Below are positions 12,711 to 26,300 of a DNA stretch of 64,000 nucleotides, piece by piece (the stretch's first letter is position 1; every line of letters starts with the position of its first letter). The notes below the pieces were generated by a model that searched no databases, had not been told where the DNA came from, and worked only from the letters and a program-made list of their open reading frames with translations. This DNA comes from Eledone cirrhosa (taxonomy: Eukaryota): the NCBI GenBank assembly GCA_964016885.1, contig OZ024741.1, positions 18,538,001 to 18,602,000 on the forward strand, read 5' to 3'. The translations under genes were made by a program, and so were the position numbers.

Positions 12711-15700
12711 GTGTGTGTCTGTATCAGTATGTGTGTGCATGTCTGTATCAGTATGTGCGTCTGTATCAGTATGTGTGTGTGTGTCTGTATCAGTATGTGT
12801 GTATGTGTCTGTATCACTATGTGTGTGTGTGTCTGTATCAGTATGTGTGTGTGTGTCTGTATCAGTATGTGTGTGTGTGTCTGTATCAGTATGTGTGTGT
12901 GTCTGTATCAGTATGTGTGTGTGTGTCTGTATCAGTATGTGTGTGTGTGTCTGTATCAGTATGTGTGTGTATCTGTATCAGTATGTCTGTGCATGTCTGT
13001 ATCAGTATGTGTGTGTGTGTCTGTATCAGTATGTGTGTGTGTCTGTATCAGCATGTGTGTGTGTGTCTGTATCGGTATGTGTGTGTGTGTCTGTATCAGT
13101 ATGTGTGTGTGTGTCTGTATCAGTATGTGTGTATGTGTCTGTATCACTATGTGTGTGTGTGTCTGTATCAGTATGTGTGTGTGTGTCTGTATCAGTATGT
13201 GTGTGTGTGTCTGTATCAGTATGTGTGTGTGTCTGTATCAGTATGTGTGTGTGCATGTCTGTATCAGTATGTGTGTGTGTCTGTATCAGTATGTGTGCAT
13301 GTCTGTATCAGTATGTGTGTGTGTCTGTATCAGTATGTGTGTGTGTCTGTATCAGTATGTGTGTGTGTCTGTATCAGTATGTGTGTGTGTGTCTGTATCA
13401 GTATGTGTGTGTGTCTGTATCAGTATGTGTGTGTGTGTCTGTATCAGCATGTGTGTGTGTCTGTATCAGTATGTGTGTGTGTGTCTGTATCAGTATGTGT
13501 GTGTGTCTGTATCAGTATGTGTGTGTGTCTGTATCAGTATGTGTGTGTGTGTCTGTATCAGTATGTGTGTGTGTCTCTGTATCAGTATGTGTGTGTGTGT
13601 CTGTATCAGTATGTGTGTGTGTCTGTATCAGTATGTGTGTGTGTGTCTGTATCAGCATGTGTGTGTGTCTGTATCAGTATGTGTGTGTGTCTGTATCAGT
13701 ATGTGTGTGTGTCTGTATCAGTATGTGTGTGTGTGTCTGTATCAGTATGTGTGTGTGTGTCTGTATCAGTATGTGTGTGTGTCTGTATCAGTATGTGTGT
13801 GTGTCTGTATCAGTATGTGTGTGTGTGTCTGTATCAGTATGTGTGTGTGTCTCTGTATCAGTATGTGTGTGTGTGTCTGTATCAGTATGTGTGTGTGTCT
13901 CTATCAGTATGTGAGTGTGTCTGTATCAGTATGTGTGTGTGTGTCTGTATCAGTATGTGTGTGTGTGTCTGTATCAGTATGTGTGTGTGTCTGTATCAGT
14001 ATGTGTGTGTGTCTGTATCAGCATGTGTGTGTCTGTCTGTATCGGTATGTGTGTGTGTGTCTGTATCAGTATGTGTGTGTATCTGTATCAGTATGTGTGT
14101 GTGTCTGTATCAGTATGTGTGTGTGTGTCTGTATCAGTATGTGTGTGTATGTCTGTATCAGTATGTGTGTGTGTGTCTGTATCACTATGTGTGTGTGTGT
14201 CTGTATCAGTATGTGTTTGTGTGTCTGTATCAGTATGTGTGTGTGTCTGTATCAGTATGTTTGTGTGTGTCTGTATCAGTATGTGTGTGTGTGTCTGTAT
14301 CAGTATGTGTGTGTGTCTATATCAGTATGTGTGTGTGTGTATGTATCAGTATGTGTGTGAGTGTATGTATCAATATGTGTGTGTGTGTCTGTATCAGTAT
14401 GTGTGTGTGTCTGTATCAGTATGTGTGTGTGTCAGTATCTGTATGTGTGTGTGTCTGTATCAGTATGTGTGTGTGTCTGTATCAGTATGTGTGTGTGTGT
14501 CTGTATCAGTATGTGTGTGTGTGTCTGTATCAGTATGTGTGTGTGTCTGTATCAGTATGTGTGTGTGTCTGTATCAGTATGTGTGTGTGTGTCTGTATCA
14601 GTATGTGTGTGTGTCTCTGTATCAGTATGTGTGTGTGTGTCTGTATCAGTATGTGTGTGTGTCTCTATCAGTATGTGAGTGTGTCTGTATCAGTATGTGT
14701 GTGTGTGTCTGTATCAGTATGTGTGTGTGTCTATATCAGGATGTGTGTGTGTGTCTGTATCAGTATGTGTGTGCATGTCTGTATCAGTATGTGTGTGTGT
14801 CTGTATCAGTATGTGTGTGTGTGTCTGTATCAGTATGTGTGTGTGTCTCTATCAGTATGTGAGTGTGTCTGTATCAGTATGTGTGTGTGTGTCTGTATCA
14901 GTATGTGTGTGTGTCTATATCAGGATGTGTGTGTGTGTCTGTATCAGTATGTGTGTGCATGTCTGTATCTGTATGTGTGTGTGTGTCTGTATCAGTATAT
15001 GTGCATGTCTGTATCAGTATGTGTGTGTGTGTCTGTATCAGTATGTGTGTGTGCATGTCTGTATCAGTATGTGTGTGTGTCTGTATCAGTATGTGTGCAT
15101 GTCTGTATCAGTATGTGTGTGTGTGTCTGTATCAGTATGTGTGCATGTCTGTATCAGTATGTGTGTGTGTGTCTGTATCAGTATGTGTGTGTGTCTGTAT
15201 CAGTATGTGTGTGTGTCTGTATCAGTATGTGTGTGTGTGTCTGTATCAGTATGTGTGTGTGTCTGTATCAGTATGTGTGTGTGTCTGTATCAGTATGTGT
15301 GTGGGTGTCTGTATCAGTATGTGTGTGTGTCTGTATCAGTATATGTGTGTGTGTCTGTATCAGTATGTGTGTGTGTGTCTGTATCAGTATGTGTGTATGT
15401 CTGTATCAGTATGTGTGTGTGTGTCTGTATCAGTATGTGTGTGTGTGTCTGTATCAGTATGTGTGTGTGTGTCTGTATCAGTATGTGTGTGTGTTTGTAT
15501 CAGTATGTGTGTGTGTGTCTGTATCAGTATATGTGTGTGTGTCTGTATCAGTATGTGTGTGTGTCTGTATCAGTATGTGTGTGTGTGTCAGTATCAGCAT
15601 GTGTGTGTGTCTGTATCAGTATGTGTGTGTGTCTGTATCAGTATGTGTGTGTGTCTGTATCAGTATGTGTGTGCATGTCTGTATCAGTATGTGTGTGTGT

Positions 15701-16059
15701 CTGTATCAGTATGTGTGTGTGTGTGTCGGTATCAGTATGTGTGTGTGTCTGTATCAGTATGTGTGTGTGTGTATGTATCAGTATGTGTGTGTGTGTCTGT
15801 ATCAATATGTGCGTGTGTGTCTGTATCAGTATGTGTGTGTGTCTGTATCAGTATGTGTGTGTGTCTGTATCAGTATATGTGTGTGTCTGTATCAGTATGT
15901 GTGTGTGTCTGTATCAGTATGTGTGTGTGTGTCTGTATCAGTATGTGTGTGTGTGTCTGTATCAGTATGTGTGTGTGTCTGTATCAGTATGTGTGTGTGT
16001 CTGTATCAGTATGTGTGTGTGTGTCTGTATCAGTATGTGTGTGTGTCTCTGTATCAGTA

Positions 16060-19000
16060 TGTGTGTGTGTCTGTATCAGTATGTGTGTGTGTCTGTATCA
16101 GTATGTGTGTGTGTGTCTGTATCAGTATGTGTGTGCGTGTCTGTATCAGTATGTGTGTGTGTGTCTGTATCAGTATGTGTTTGTGTCTGTAACAGTATGT
16201 GTGTGTGTCTGTATCAGTATGTGTGTGTGTGTGTGTGTGTGTATCAGTATGTATGTGTGTCTGTATCAATATATGTGTGTGTGTCTGTATCAGTATGTGT
16301 GTGTGTCTGTATCAGTATGTGTGTGTGTGTCTGTATCAGTATGTGTGTGTGTCTGTATCAGTATGTGTTTGTGTGTCTGTATCAGTATGTGTGTGTGTCT
16401 GTATCAGTATGGGTGTGCGTGTCTGTATCAGTATGTGTGTGTGTGTGTGTGTGTGTGTCTGTATCAGTATGTGTTTGTGTCTGTAACAGTATGTGTGCAT
16501 ATCTGTATCAGTATGTGTGTGTGTCTGTATCAGTATGTGTGAGTGTCTGTATCAGTATGTGTGTGTGTGTTTGTATCAGTATGTGTGTGTGTGTCTGTAT
16601 CAGTATGTGTGTGTGTGTCTGTATCAGTATGTATGTGTGTCTGTATCAGTATGTGTGTGTGTCTGTATCAGTATGTGTGTGTGTGTCTGTATCAGTATGT
16701 GTGTGTCTGTATCAGTATGTGTGTGTGTGTCAGTATCAGTATGTGTGTGTGTCTGTATCAGTATGTGTGTGTATCTGTATCAGTATGTGTGTGTGTGTCT
16801 GTATCAGTATGTGTGTGTGTCTGTATCAGTATGTGTGTGTGTGTCTGTATCAGTATGTGAGTGTGTCTGTATCAGTATGTGTGTGTGTGTCTGTATCAGT
16901 ATGTGTGTGTGTCTATATCAGGATGTGTGTGTGTCTCTGTATCAGTATGTGTGTGCATGTCTGTATCTGTATGTGTGTGTGTGTCTGTATCAGTATATGT
17001 GCATGTCTGTATCAGTATGTGTGTGTGTGTCTGTATCAGTATGTGTGTGTGCATGTCTGTATCAGTATGTGTGTGTGTGTCTGTATCAGTATGTGTGTGT
17101 GCATGTCTGTATCAGTATGTGTGCATGTCTGTATCAGTATGTGTGTGTCTGTATCAGTATGTGTGTGTGTCTGTATCAGTATGTGTGTTTGTCTGTATCA
17201 GTATGTGTGTCTGTGTCTGTATCAGTATGTGTGTGTGTCTGTATCAGTATGTGTGTGTGTCTGTATCAGTATGTGTGTGCATGTCTGTATCAGTATGTGT
17301 GTGTGTCTGTATCAGTATGTGTGTGTGTGTTGTATCAGTATGTGTGTGTGTCTGTATCAGTATGTGTCTTGGTGTCTGTATCAGTATGTGTGTGTGTCTG
17401 TATCAGTATATGTGTGTGTGTCTGTATCAGTATGTGTGTGTGTGTCTGTATCAGTATGTGTGTATGTCTGTATCAGTATGTGTGTGTGTGTCTGTATCAG
17501 TATGTGTGTGTGTGTCTGTATCAGTATGTATGTGTGTGTCTGTATCAGTATGTGTGTGTGTTTGTATCAGTATGTGTGTGTGTGTCTGTATCAGTATATG
17601 TGTGTGTGTCTGTTTCAGTATGTGTGTGTGTCTGTATCAGTATGTGTGTGTGTGTCAGTATCAGCATGTGTGTGTGTCTGTATCAGTACGTGTGTGTGTC
17701 TGTATCAGTATGTGTGTGCATGTCTGTATCAGTATGTGTGTGTCTCTGTATCAGTATGTGTGTGTGTGTCGGTATCAGTATGTGTGTGTGCCTGTATCAG
17801 TATGTGTGTGGGTGTCTGTATCAGTATGTGTGTGTGTCTGTATCAGTATGTGTGTGTGTGTCTGTATCAGTATGTGTGTGTGCATGTCTGTATCAGTATG
17901 TGTGTGTGTCTGTATCAGTATGTGTGTGTGTGTCTGTATCAGTATGTGTGTGTGTCTGTATCAGTATGTGTGCATGTCTGTATCAGTATGTGTGTGTGTC
18001 TTTATCAGTATGTGTGTGTGTCTGTATCAGTATGTGTGTGTGTGTGTCTGTATCTGTATGTATGTGTGTCTGTATCAGTATGTGTGTGTGTGTCTGTATC
18101 AGTATGTGTGTGTGTCTGTATCAGTATGTGTGTGTGTGTCTGTATCAGTATGTGTGTGTGTCTGTATCAGTATGTGTTTGTGTGTCTGTATCAGTATGTG
18201 TGTGTGTCTGTATCAGTATGTGTGTGCGTGTCTGTATCAGTATGTGTGTGAGTGTGTGTGTGTGTGTCTGTATCAGTATGTGTGTGTGTGTCTGTATCAG
18301 TATGTGTGTGTGTCTGTATCAGTATGTGTGTGTGTGTCTGTATCAGTATGTGTGTGTGTCTGTATCAGTGTGTGTGTGTGTGTGTCTGTATCAGTATGTG
18401 TGTGTGTCTGTATCAGTATGTGTGTGTGTGTCTGTATCAGTAAGTGTGCGTATCTGTATCAGTATGTGTGTGTGTCTGTATCAGTATGTGTGTGTGTGTC
18501 TGTATCAGTATGTGTGTGTGTGTCTGTATCAGTATATGTGTGTATCTGTATCAGTATGTGTGTGTGTGTCTGTATCAGTATGTGTGTGTATCTGTATCCG
18601 TATGTGTGTGTGTCTGTATCAGTATATGTGTGTCTGTATCAGTATGTGTGTGTGTGTCTGTATCAGTATGTGTGTGTGTCTGTATCAGTATGTGTGTGTG
18701 TGTCTGTATCACTATGTGTGTGTGTCTGTATCAGTATGTGTGTGTGTGTCTGTATCAGTATGTGTGTGTGTCTGTATCAGTATGTGTGTGTGTGTCTGTA
18801 TCACTATGTGTGTGTATCTGTATCAGTATGTGTGTGTGTCTGTATCAGTATGTGTGTGTGTGTCTGTATCAGTATGTGTGTGTGTCTGTATCAGTATGTG
18901 TGTGTGTGTCTGTATCAGTATGTGTGTGTCTGTATCAGTATGTGTGTGCATGTCTGTATCAGTATGTGTGTGTGTGTCTGTATCAGTATGTGTGTGTGTC

Positions 19001-22000
19001 TGTATCTGTATGTGTGTGTGTGTCTGTATCAGTATGTGTGTGTGTGTCAGTATCAGTATGTGTGTGTGTCTGTATCAGTATGTGTGTGTGTGTCTGTATC
19101 AGTATGTGTGTGTGTCTGTATCGATATGTGTGTGGTGTGTCTGTATCAGTATGTGTGTGCATGTCTGTATCAGTATGTGTGTGTGTGTCTGTATCAGTAT
19201 GTGTGTGTGTCTGTATCTGTATGTGTGTGTGTGTCTGTATCAGTATGTGTGTGTGTGTCAGTATCAGTATGTGTGTGTGTCTGTATAAGTATGTATGTGT
19301 GTGTCTGTATCAGCATGTGTGTGTGTGTGTGTCTGTATCAGTATGTGTGTGTGTGTCTGTATCAGTATGTGTGTGTGTGTCTGTATCAGTATGTGTGTGC
19401 ATGTCTGTATCAGTATGTGTGTGTGTGTCTGTATCAGTGTGTGTACGTCTGTATCAGTATGTGTGTGTGTGTCTGTATCAGTATGTGTGTGCATGTCTGT
19501 ATCAGTATGTGTGTGTGTGTCTGTATCAGTGTGTGTGTGTCTGTATCAGTATGTGTGTGTGTGTCTGTATCAGTATGTGTGTGTGTGTCTGTATCAGTAT
19601 GTGTGTGTGTGTCTGTATCAGTATGTGTGTGCATGTCTGTATCACTATGTGTGTGTGTCTGTATCAGTATGTGTGTGGGTGTCTGTATCAGTATGTGTGT
19701 GTGTGTTGTATCAGTATGTGTGTGTGTCTGCATCAGTATGTGTTTGGGTGTCTGTATCAGTATGTGTGTGTGTGTCTGTATCAGTATGTGTGTGTGTGTA
19801 TGTATCAGTATGTGTGTGTGTGTCTGTATCAGTATGTGTGTATGTCTGTATCAGTATGTGTGTGTGTGTCTGTATCAGTATGTGTGTGCATGTCTGTATC
19901 AGTATGTGTGTGTGTCTGTATCAGTATGTGTGTGTGTCTGTATCAGTATGTGTGCATGTCTGTATCAGTATGTGTGTGTGTCTTTATCAGTATGTGTGTG
20001 TGTCTGTATCAGTATGTGTGTGTGTGTCTGTATCAGTATGTATGTGTGTCTGTATCAGTATGTGTTTGTGTGTCTGTATCAGTATGTGTGTGTGTCTGTA
20101 TCAGTATGTGTGTGCGTGTCTGTATCAGTATGTGTGTGTGTGTCTGTATCAGTATGTGTTTGTGTCTGTAACAGTATGTGTGTGTGTCTGTATCAGTATG
20201 TGTGTGTGTGTGTGTGTGTGTGTGTATCAGTATGTATGTGTGTCTGTATCAGTATATGTGTGTGTGTCTGTATCAGTATGTGTGTGTGTCTGTATCAGTA
20301 TGTGTGTGTGTGTCTGTATCAGTATGTGTGTGTGTCTGTATCAGTATGTGTTTGTGTGTCTGTATCAGTATGTGTGTGTGTCTGTATCAGTATGGGTGTG
20401 CGTGTCTGTATCAGTATGTGTGTGTGTGTGTGTGTGTGTGTCTGTATCAGTATGTGTTTGTGTCTGTAACAGTATGTGTGCATATCTGTATCAGTATGTG
20501 TGTGTGTCTGTATCAGTATGTGTGAGTGTCTGTATCAGTATGTGTGTGTGTGTTTGTATCAGTATGTGTGTGTGTGTCTGTATCAGTATGTGTGTGTGTG
20601 TCTGTATCAGTATGTATGTGTGTCTGTATCAGTATGTGTGTGTGTCTGTATCAGTATGTGTGTGTGTGTCTGTATCAGTATGTGTGTGTCTGTATCAGTA
20701 TGTGTGTGTGTGTCAGTATCAGTATGTGTGTGTGTCTGTATCAGTATGTGTGTGTATCTGTATCAGTATGTGTGTGTGTGTCTGTATCAGTATGTGTGTG
20801 TGTCTGTATCAGTATGTGTGTGTGTGTCTGTATCAGTATGTGAGTGTGTCTGTATCAGTATGTGTGTGTGTGTCTGTATCAGTATGTGTGTGTGTCTATA
20901 TCAGGATGTGTGTGTGTCTCTGTATCAGTATGTGTGTGCATGTCTGTATCTGTATGTGTGTGTGTGTCTGTATCAGTATATGTGCATGTCTGTATCAGTA
21001 TGTGTGTGTGTGTCTGTATCAGTATGTGTGTGTGCATGTCTGTATCAGTATGTGTGTGTGTGTCTGTATCAGTATGTGTGTGTGCATGTCTGTATCAGTA
21101 TGTGTGCATGTCTGTATCAGTATGTGTGTGTCTGTATCAGTATGTGTGTGTGTCTGTATCAGTATGTGTGTTTGTCTGTATCAGTATGTGTGTCTGTGTC
21201 TGTATCAGTATGTGTGTGTGTCTGTATCAGTATGTGTGTGTGTCTGTATCAGTATGTGTGTGCATGTCTGTATCAGTATGTGTGTGTGTCTGTATCAGTA
21301 TGTGTGTGTGTGTTGTATCAGTATGTGTGTGTGTCTGTATCAGTATGTGTCTTGGTGTCTGTATCAGTATGTGTGTGTGTCTGTATCAGTATATGTGTGT
21401 GTGTCTGTATCAGTATGTGTGTGTGTGTCTGTATCAGTATGTGTGTATGTCTGTATCAGTATGTGTGTGTGTGTCTGTATCAGTATGTGTGTGTGTGTCT
21501 GTATCAGTATGTATGTGTGTGTCTGTATCAGTATGTGTGTGTGTTTGTATCAGTATGTGTGTGTGTGTCTGTATCAGTATATGTGTGTGTGTCTGTTTCA
21601 GTATGTGTGTGTGTCTGTATCAGTATGTGTGTGTGTGTCAGTATCAGCATGTGTGTGTGTCTGTATCAGTACGTGTGTGTGTCTGTATCAGTATGTGTGT
21701 GCATGTCTGTATCAGTATGTGTGTGTCTCTGTATCAGTATGTGTGTGTGTGTCGGTATCAGTATGTGTGTGTGCCTGTATCAGTATGTGTGTGGGTGTCT
21801 GTATCAGTATGTGTGTGTGTCTGTATCAGTATGTGTGTGTGTGTCTGTATCAGTATGTGTGTGTGCATGTCTGTATCAGTATGTGTGTGTGTCTGTATCA
21901 GTATGTGTGTGTGTGTCTGTATCAGTATGTGTGTGTGTCTGTATCAGTATGTGTGCATGTCTGTATCAGTATGTGTGTGTGTCTTTATCAGTATGTGTGT

Positions 22001-23320
22001 GTGTCTGTATCAGTATGTGTGTGTGTGTGTCTGTATCTGTATGTATGTGTGTCTGTATCAGTATCTGTGTGTGTGTCTGTATCAGTATGTGTGTGTGTCT
22101 GTATCAGTATGTGTGTGTGTGTCTGTATCAGTATGTGTGTGTGTCTGTATCAGTATGTGTTTGTGTGTCTGTATCAGTATGTGTGTGTGTCTGTATCAGT
22201 ATGTGTGTGCGTGTCTGTATCAGTATGTGTGTGTGTGTGTGTCTGTATCAGTATGTGTGTGTGTGTCTGTATCAGTATGTGTGTGTGTCTGTATCAGTAT
22301 GTGTGTGTGTGTCTGTATCAGTATGTGTGTGTGTCTGTATCAGTGTGTGTGTGTGTGTGTCTGTATCAGTATGTGTGTGTGTCTGTATCAGTATGTGTGT
22401 GTGTGTCTGTATCAGTAAGTGTGCGTATCTGTATCAGTATGTGTGTGTGTCTGTATCAGTATGTGTGTGTGTGTCTGTATCAGTATGTGTGTGTGTGTCT
22501 GTATCAGTATATGTGTGTATCTGTATCAGTATGTGTGTGTGTGTCTGTATCAGTATGTGTGTGTATCTGTATCCGTATGTGTGTGTGTCTGTATCAGTAT
22601 ATGTGTGTCTGTATCAGTATGTGTGTGTGTGTCTGTATCAGTATGTGTGTGTGTCTGTATCAGTATGTGTGTGTGTGTCTGTATCACTATGTGTGTGTGT
22701 CTGTATCAGTATGTGTGTGTGTGTCTGTATCAGTATGTGTGTGTGTCTGTATCAGTATGTGTGTGTGTGTCTGTATCACTATGTGTGTGTATCTGTATCA
22801 GTATGTGTGTGTGTCTGTATCAGTATGTGTGTGTGTGTCTGTATCAGTATGTGTGTGTGTCTGTATCAGTATGTGTGTGTGTGTCTGTATCAGTATGTGT
22901 GTGTCTGTATCAGTATGTGTGTGCATGTCTGTATCAGTATGTGTGTGTGTGTCTGTATCAGTATGTGTGTGTGTCTGTATCTGTATGTGTGTGTGTGTCT
23001 GTATCAGTATGTGTGTGTGTGTCAGTATCAGTATGTGTGTGTGTCTGTATCAGTATGTGTGTGTGTGTCTGTATCAGTATGTGTGTGTGTCTGTATCGAT
23101 ATGTGTGTGGTGTGTCTGTATCAGTATGTGTGTGCATGTCTGTATCAGTATGTGTGTGTGTGTCTGTATCAGTATGTGTGTGTGTCTGTATCTGTATGTG
23201 TGTGTGTGTCTGTATCAGTATGTGTGTGTGTGTCAGTATCAGTATGTGTGTGTGTCTGTATAAGTATGTATGTGTGTGTCTGTATCAGCATGTGTGTGTG
23301 TGTGTGTCTGTATCAGTATG
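16060..23320 (+). repeat. Near-tandem duplication of about 3.3 kb at offset 3975-3983 bp (16060-19340 vs 20040-23320)
   Basis: Shared rare markers: ctgtaacag 16187/20166, cttggtgt ~17368/21351, ctgtttcag, atccgtat, atcgatatgtgtgtgg 19120/23095, ctgtataag. ORF starts 16543/20526, 16861/20844 and 18444/22419. Confidence 0.93.
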
Positions 23321-26300
23321 TGTGTGTGTCTGTATCAGCCTGTGTGTGTGTCTGTATCAGTATGTGTGTGTGCATGTCTGTATCAGTATGTGTGTGTGTG
23401 TCTGTATCAGTATGTGTGTCTGTCTGTATCAGTATGTGTGTGTGTCTGTATCAGTATGTGTGTGTGTGTCTGTATCAGTATGTGTGTGTGTCTGTATCAG
23501 TATGTGTGTGTGTGTCTGTATCAGTATATGTGTGTGTCTGTATCAGTATGTGTGTGTGTGTCTGTATAAGTATGTGTGTGTGTGTATGTATCAGTATGTG
23601 TGTGTGTGTCTGTATCAGTATGTGTGTGTCTGTATCAGTATGTGTGTGTGTCTGTATCAGTATGTGTGTGTGTGTCTGTATCAGTATGTGTGTGTGTCTG
23701 TATCAGTATGTGTGTGTGTCTCTGTATCAGTATGTGTGTGTGTCTGTATCAGTATGTGTGTGTGTCTGTATCAGTATGTGTATGTGTGTCTGTATCACTA
23801 TGTGTGTGTATCTGTATCAGTATGTGTGTGTGTCTGTATCAGTATGTGTGTGCATGTCTGTATCAGTATGTGTGTGCATGTCTGTATCAGTATGTGTGTG
23901 TGTGTCTGTATCTGTATGTGTGTGTCTGTATCAGTATGTGTGTGTGTGTCTGTATCAGTATGTGTGTGTGTGTTTGTATCAGTATGTGTGTGTGTGTCTG
24001 TATCAGTATGTGTGTGTGTCTGTATCAGTTTGTGTGTCTGTGTATTTATCAGTATGTGTGTGTGTGTCTGTATCAGTATGTGTGTGTGTGTCTGTATCAG
24101 TATGTGTGTGTGTCTGTATCAGTATGTGTGTGTGTGTCTGTATCAGTATGTGTGTGTGTGTCTGTATCAGTATGTGTGTGTGTGTCTGTATCACTATGTG
24201 TGTGTGTGTCTGTATCAGTAGGTGTGTGTGTGTCTGTATCAGTATGTGTGTGTGTCTGTATCAGTATGTGTGTGTGTGTCTGTATCAGTATGTGTGTGTG
24301 TGTCTGTATCAGTATGTGTGTATGTCTGTATCAGTATGTGTGTGTGTGTATGTATCAGTATGTGTGTGTGTGTGTCTGTATCAGTATGTGTGTGTGTGTC
24401 TGTATCAGTATGTGTGTGTGTCTGTATCAGTATGTGTGTGTGTCTGTATCAGTATGTGTGTGTGTCTGTATCAGTATGTGTGTGTGTCTGTATCAGTATG
24501 TGTGTGTGTCTGTATCAGTATGTGTGTGTGTGTCTGTATCAGTATGTGTGTGTGTCTGTATCAGTATGTGTGTGTGTGTCTGTATCAGTATGTGTGTGTG
24601 TGTTTGTATCAGTATGTATGTGTGTGTCTGTATCAGTATGTGTGTGTGTCTGTATCAGTATGTGTGTGTGTGTATGTATCAGTATGTGTGTGTGTGTCTG
24701 TATCAGTATGTGTGTGTGTGTCTGTATCAGTATGTGTGTGTGTCTGTATCAGTATGTGTGTGTGTGTCTGTATCAGTATGTGTGTGTGTCTGTATCAGTA
24801 TGTGTGTGTGTGTCTGTATCAGTATGTGTGTGTGTGTCTGTATCGGTATGTGTGTGTGTCTGTATCAGTATGTGTGTGTGTGTCTGTATCAGTATGTGTG
24901 TGTATCTGTATCAGTATGTGTGTGTGTCTGTATCAGTATGTGTGTGTGTCTGTATCAGTATGTGTGTGTGTGTCTGCATCAGTATGTGTGTATGTGTCTG
25001 TATCACTATGTGTGTGTGTCTGTATCAGTATGTGCGTCTGCATCAGTATGTGTGTGTGTCTGTATCAGTATGTGTGTGTGTGTCTGTATCAGTATGTGTG
25101 TGTGTCTGTATCAGTATGTGTGTGTGTGTTTGTATCAGTATGTGTGTGTGTGTATGTATCAGTATGTGTGTGTGTGTCTGTATCAGTATGTGTGTGTGTC
25201 TGTATCAGTATGTGTGTGTGTCTGTATCAGTATGTGTGTGTGTGTCTGTATCAGTATGTGTGTGTGTGTCTGTATCAGTATGTGTGTGTGTGTCTGTATC
25301 AGTATGTGTGTGTGTCTCTGTATCAGTATGTGTGTGTGTCTGTATCAGTATGTGTGTGTGTCTGTATCAGTATGTGTGTGTGTGTCTGTATCACTATGTG
25401 TGTGTATCTGTATCAGTATGTGTGTGTGTGTCTGTATCAGTATGTGTGTGCATGTCTGTATCAGTATGTCTGTGCATGCCTGTATCAGTATGTGTGTGTG
25501 TGTCTGTATCAGTATGTGTGTGTGTGTCTGTATCAGTATGTGTGTGTGTGTCTGTATCAGTATGTGTGTGTGTTTGTATCAGTATGTGTGTGTGTGTCTG
25601 TATCAGTATGTGTGTGAGTCTGTATCAGTATGTGTGTGTCTGTATGTATCAGTATGTGTGTGTGTGTCTGTATCAGTATGTGTGTGTGTGTCTGTATCAG
25701 TATGTGTGTGTGTGTGTCTGTATCAGTATGTGTGTGTGTCTGTATCAGTATGTGTGTGTGTCTGTATCAGCATGTGTGTGTGTGTCTGTATCGGTATGTG
25801 TGTGTGTGTCTGTATCAGTATGTGTGAGTATCTGTATCAGAATGTGTGTGTGTCTGTATCAGTATGTGTGTGTGTGTCTGTATCAGTATGTGTGTGTATG
25901 TCTGTATCAGTATGTGTGTGTGTGTCTGTATCACTATGTGCATGTGTGTCTGTATCAGTATGTGCGTGTGTGTCTGTATCAGTATGTGTGTGTGTCTGTA
26001 TCAGTATGTGTGCATGTCTGTATCAGTATGTGTGTGTGTCTTTATCAGTATGTGTGTGTGTCTGTTTCAATATGTGTGTGTGTGTCTGTATCAGTATGTA
26101 TGTGTGTCTGTATCAGTATGTGTGTGTGTGTCTGTATCAGTATGTATGTGTGTCTGTATCAGTATGTGTGTGTGTGTCTGTATCCGTATGTATTTGTGTC
26201 TGTATCAGTATGTGTGTGTGTCAGTATCAGTATGTGTGTGTGTCAGTATCAGTATGTGTGTGTGTATCTGTATCAGTATATGTGTGTGTGTCTGTATCAG

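Noticed and set aside
10478-12817. His/Thr/Asp-rich minus-strand ORFs (THTHTDTD, HILIQTHT) resembling metal-binding proteins
   Set aside because: They appear only where consecutive 24-mers keep the core TGA out of frame, so they are a geometric consequence of the repeat.
17365-17378. cttggtgt motif resembling part of the Candida albicans telomeric repeat
   Set aside because: It is an 8-bp match explained as a variant of the gtgggtgt monomer at a homologous position, copied once at ~21351.
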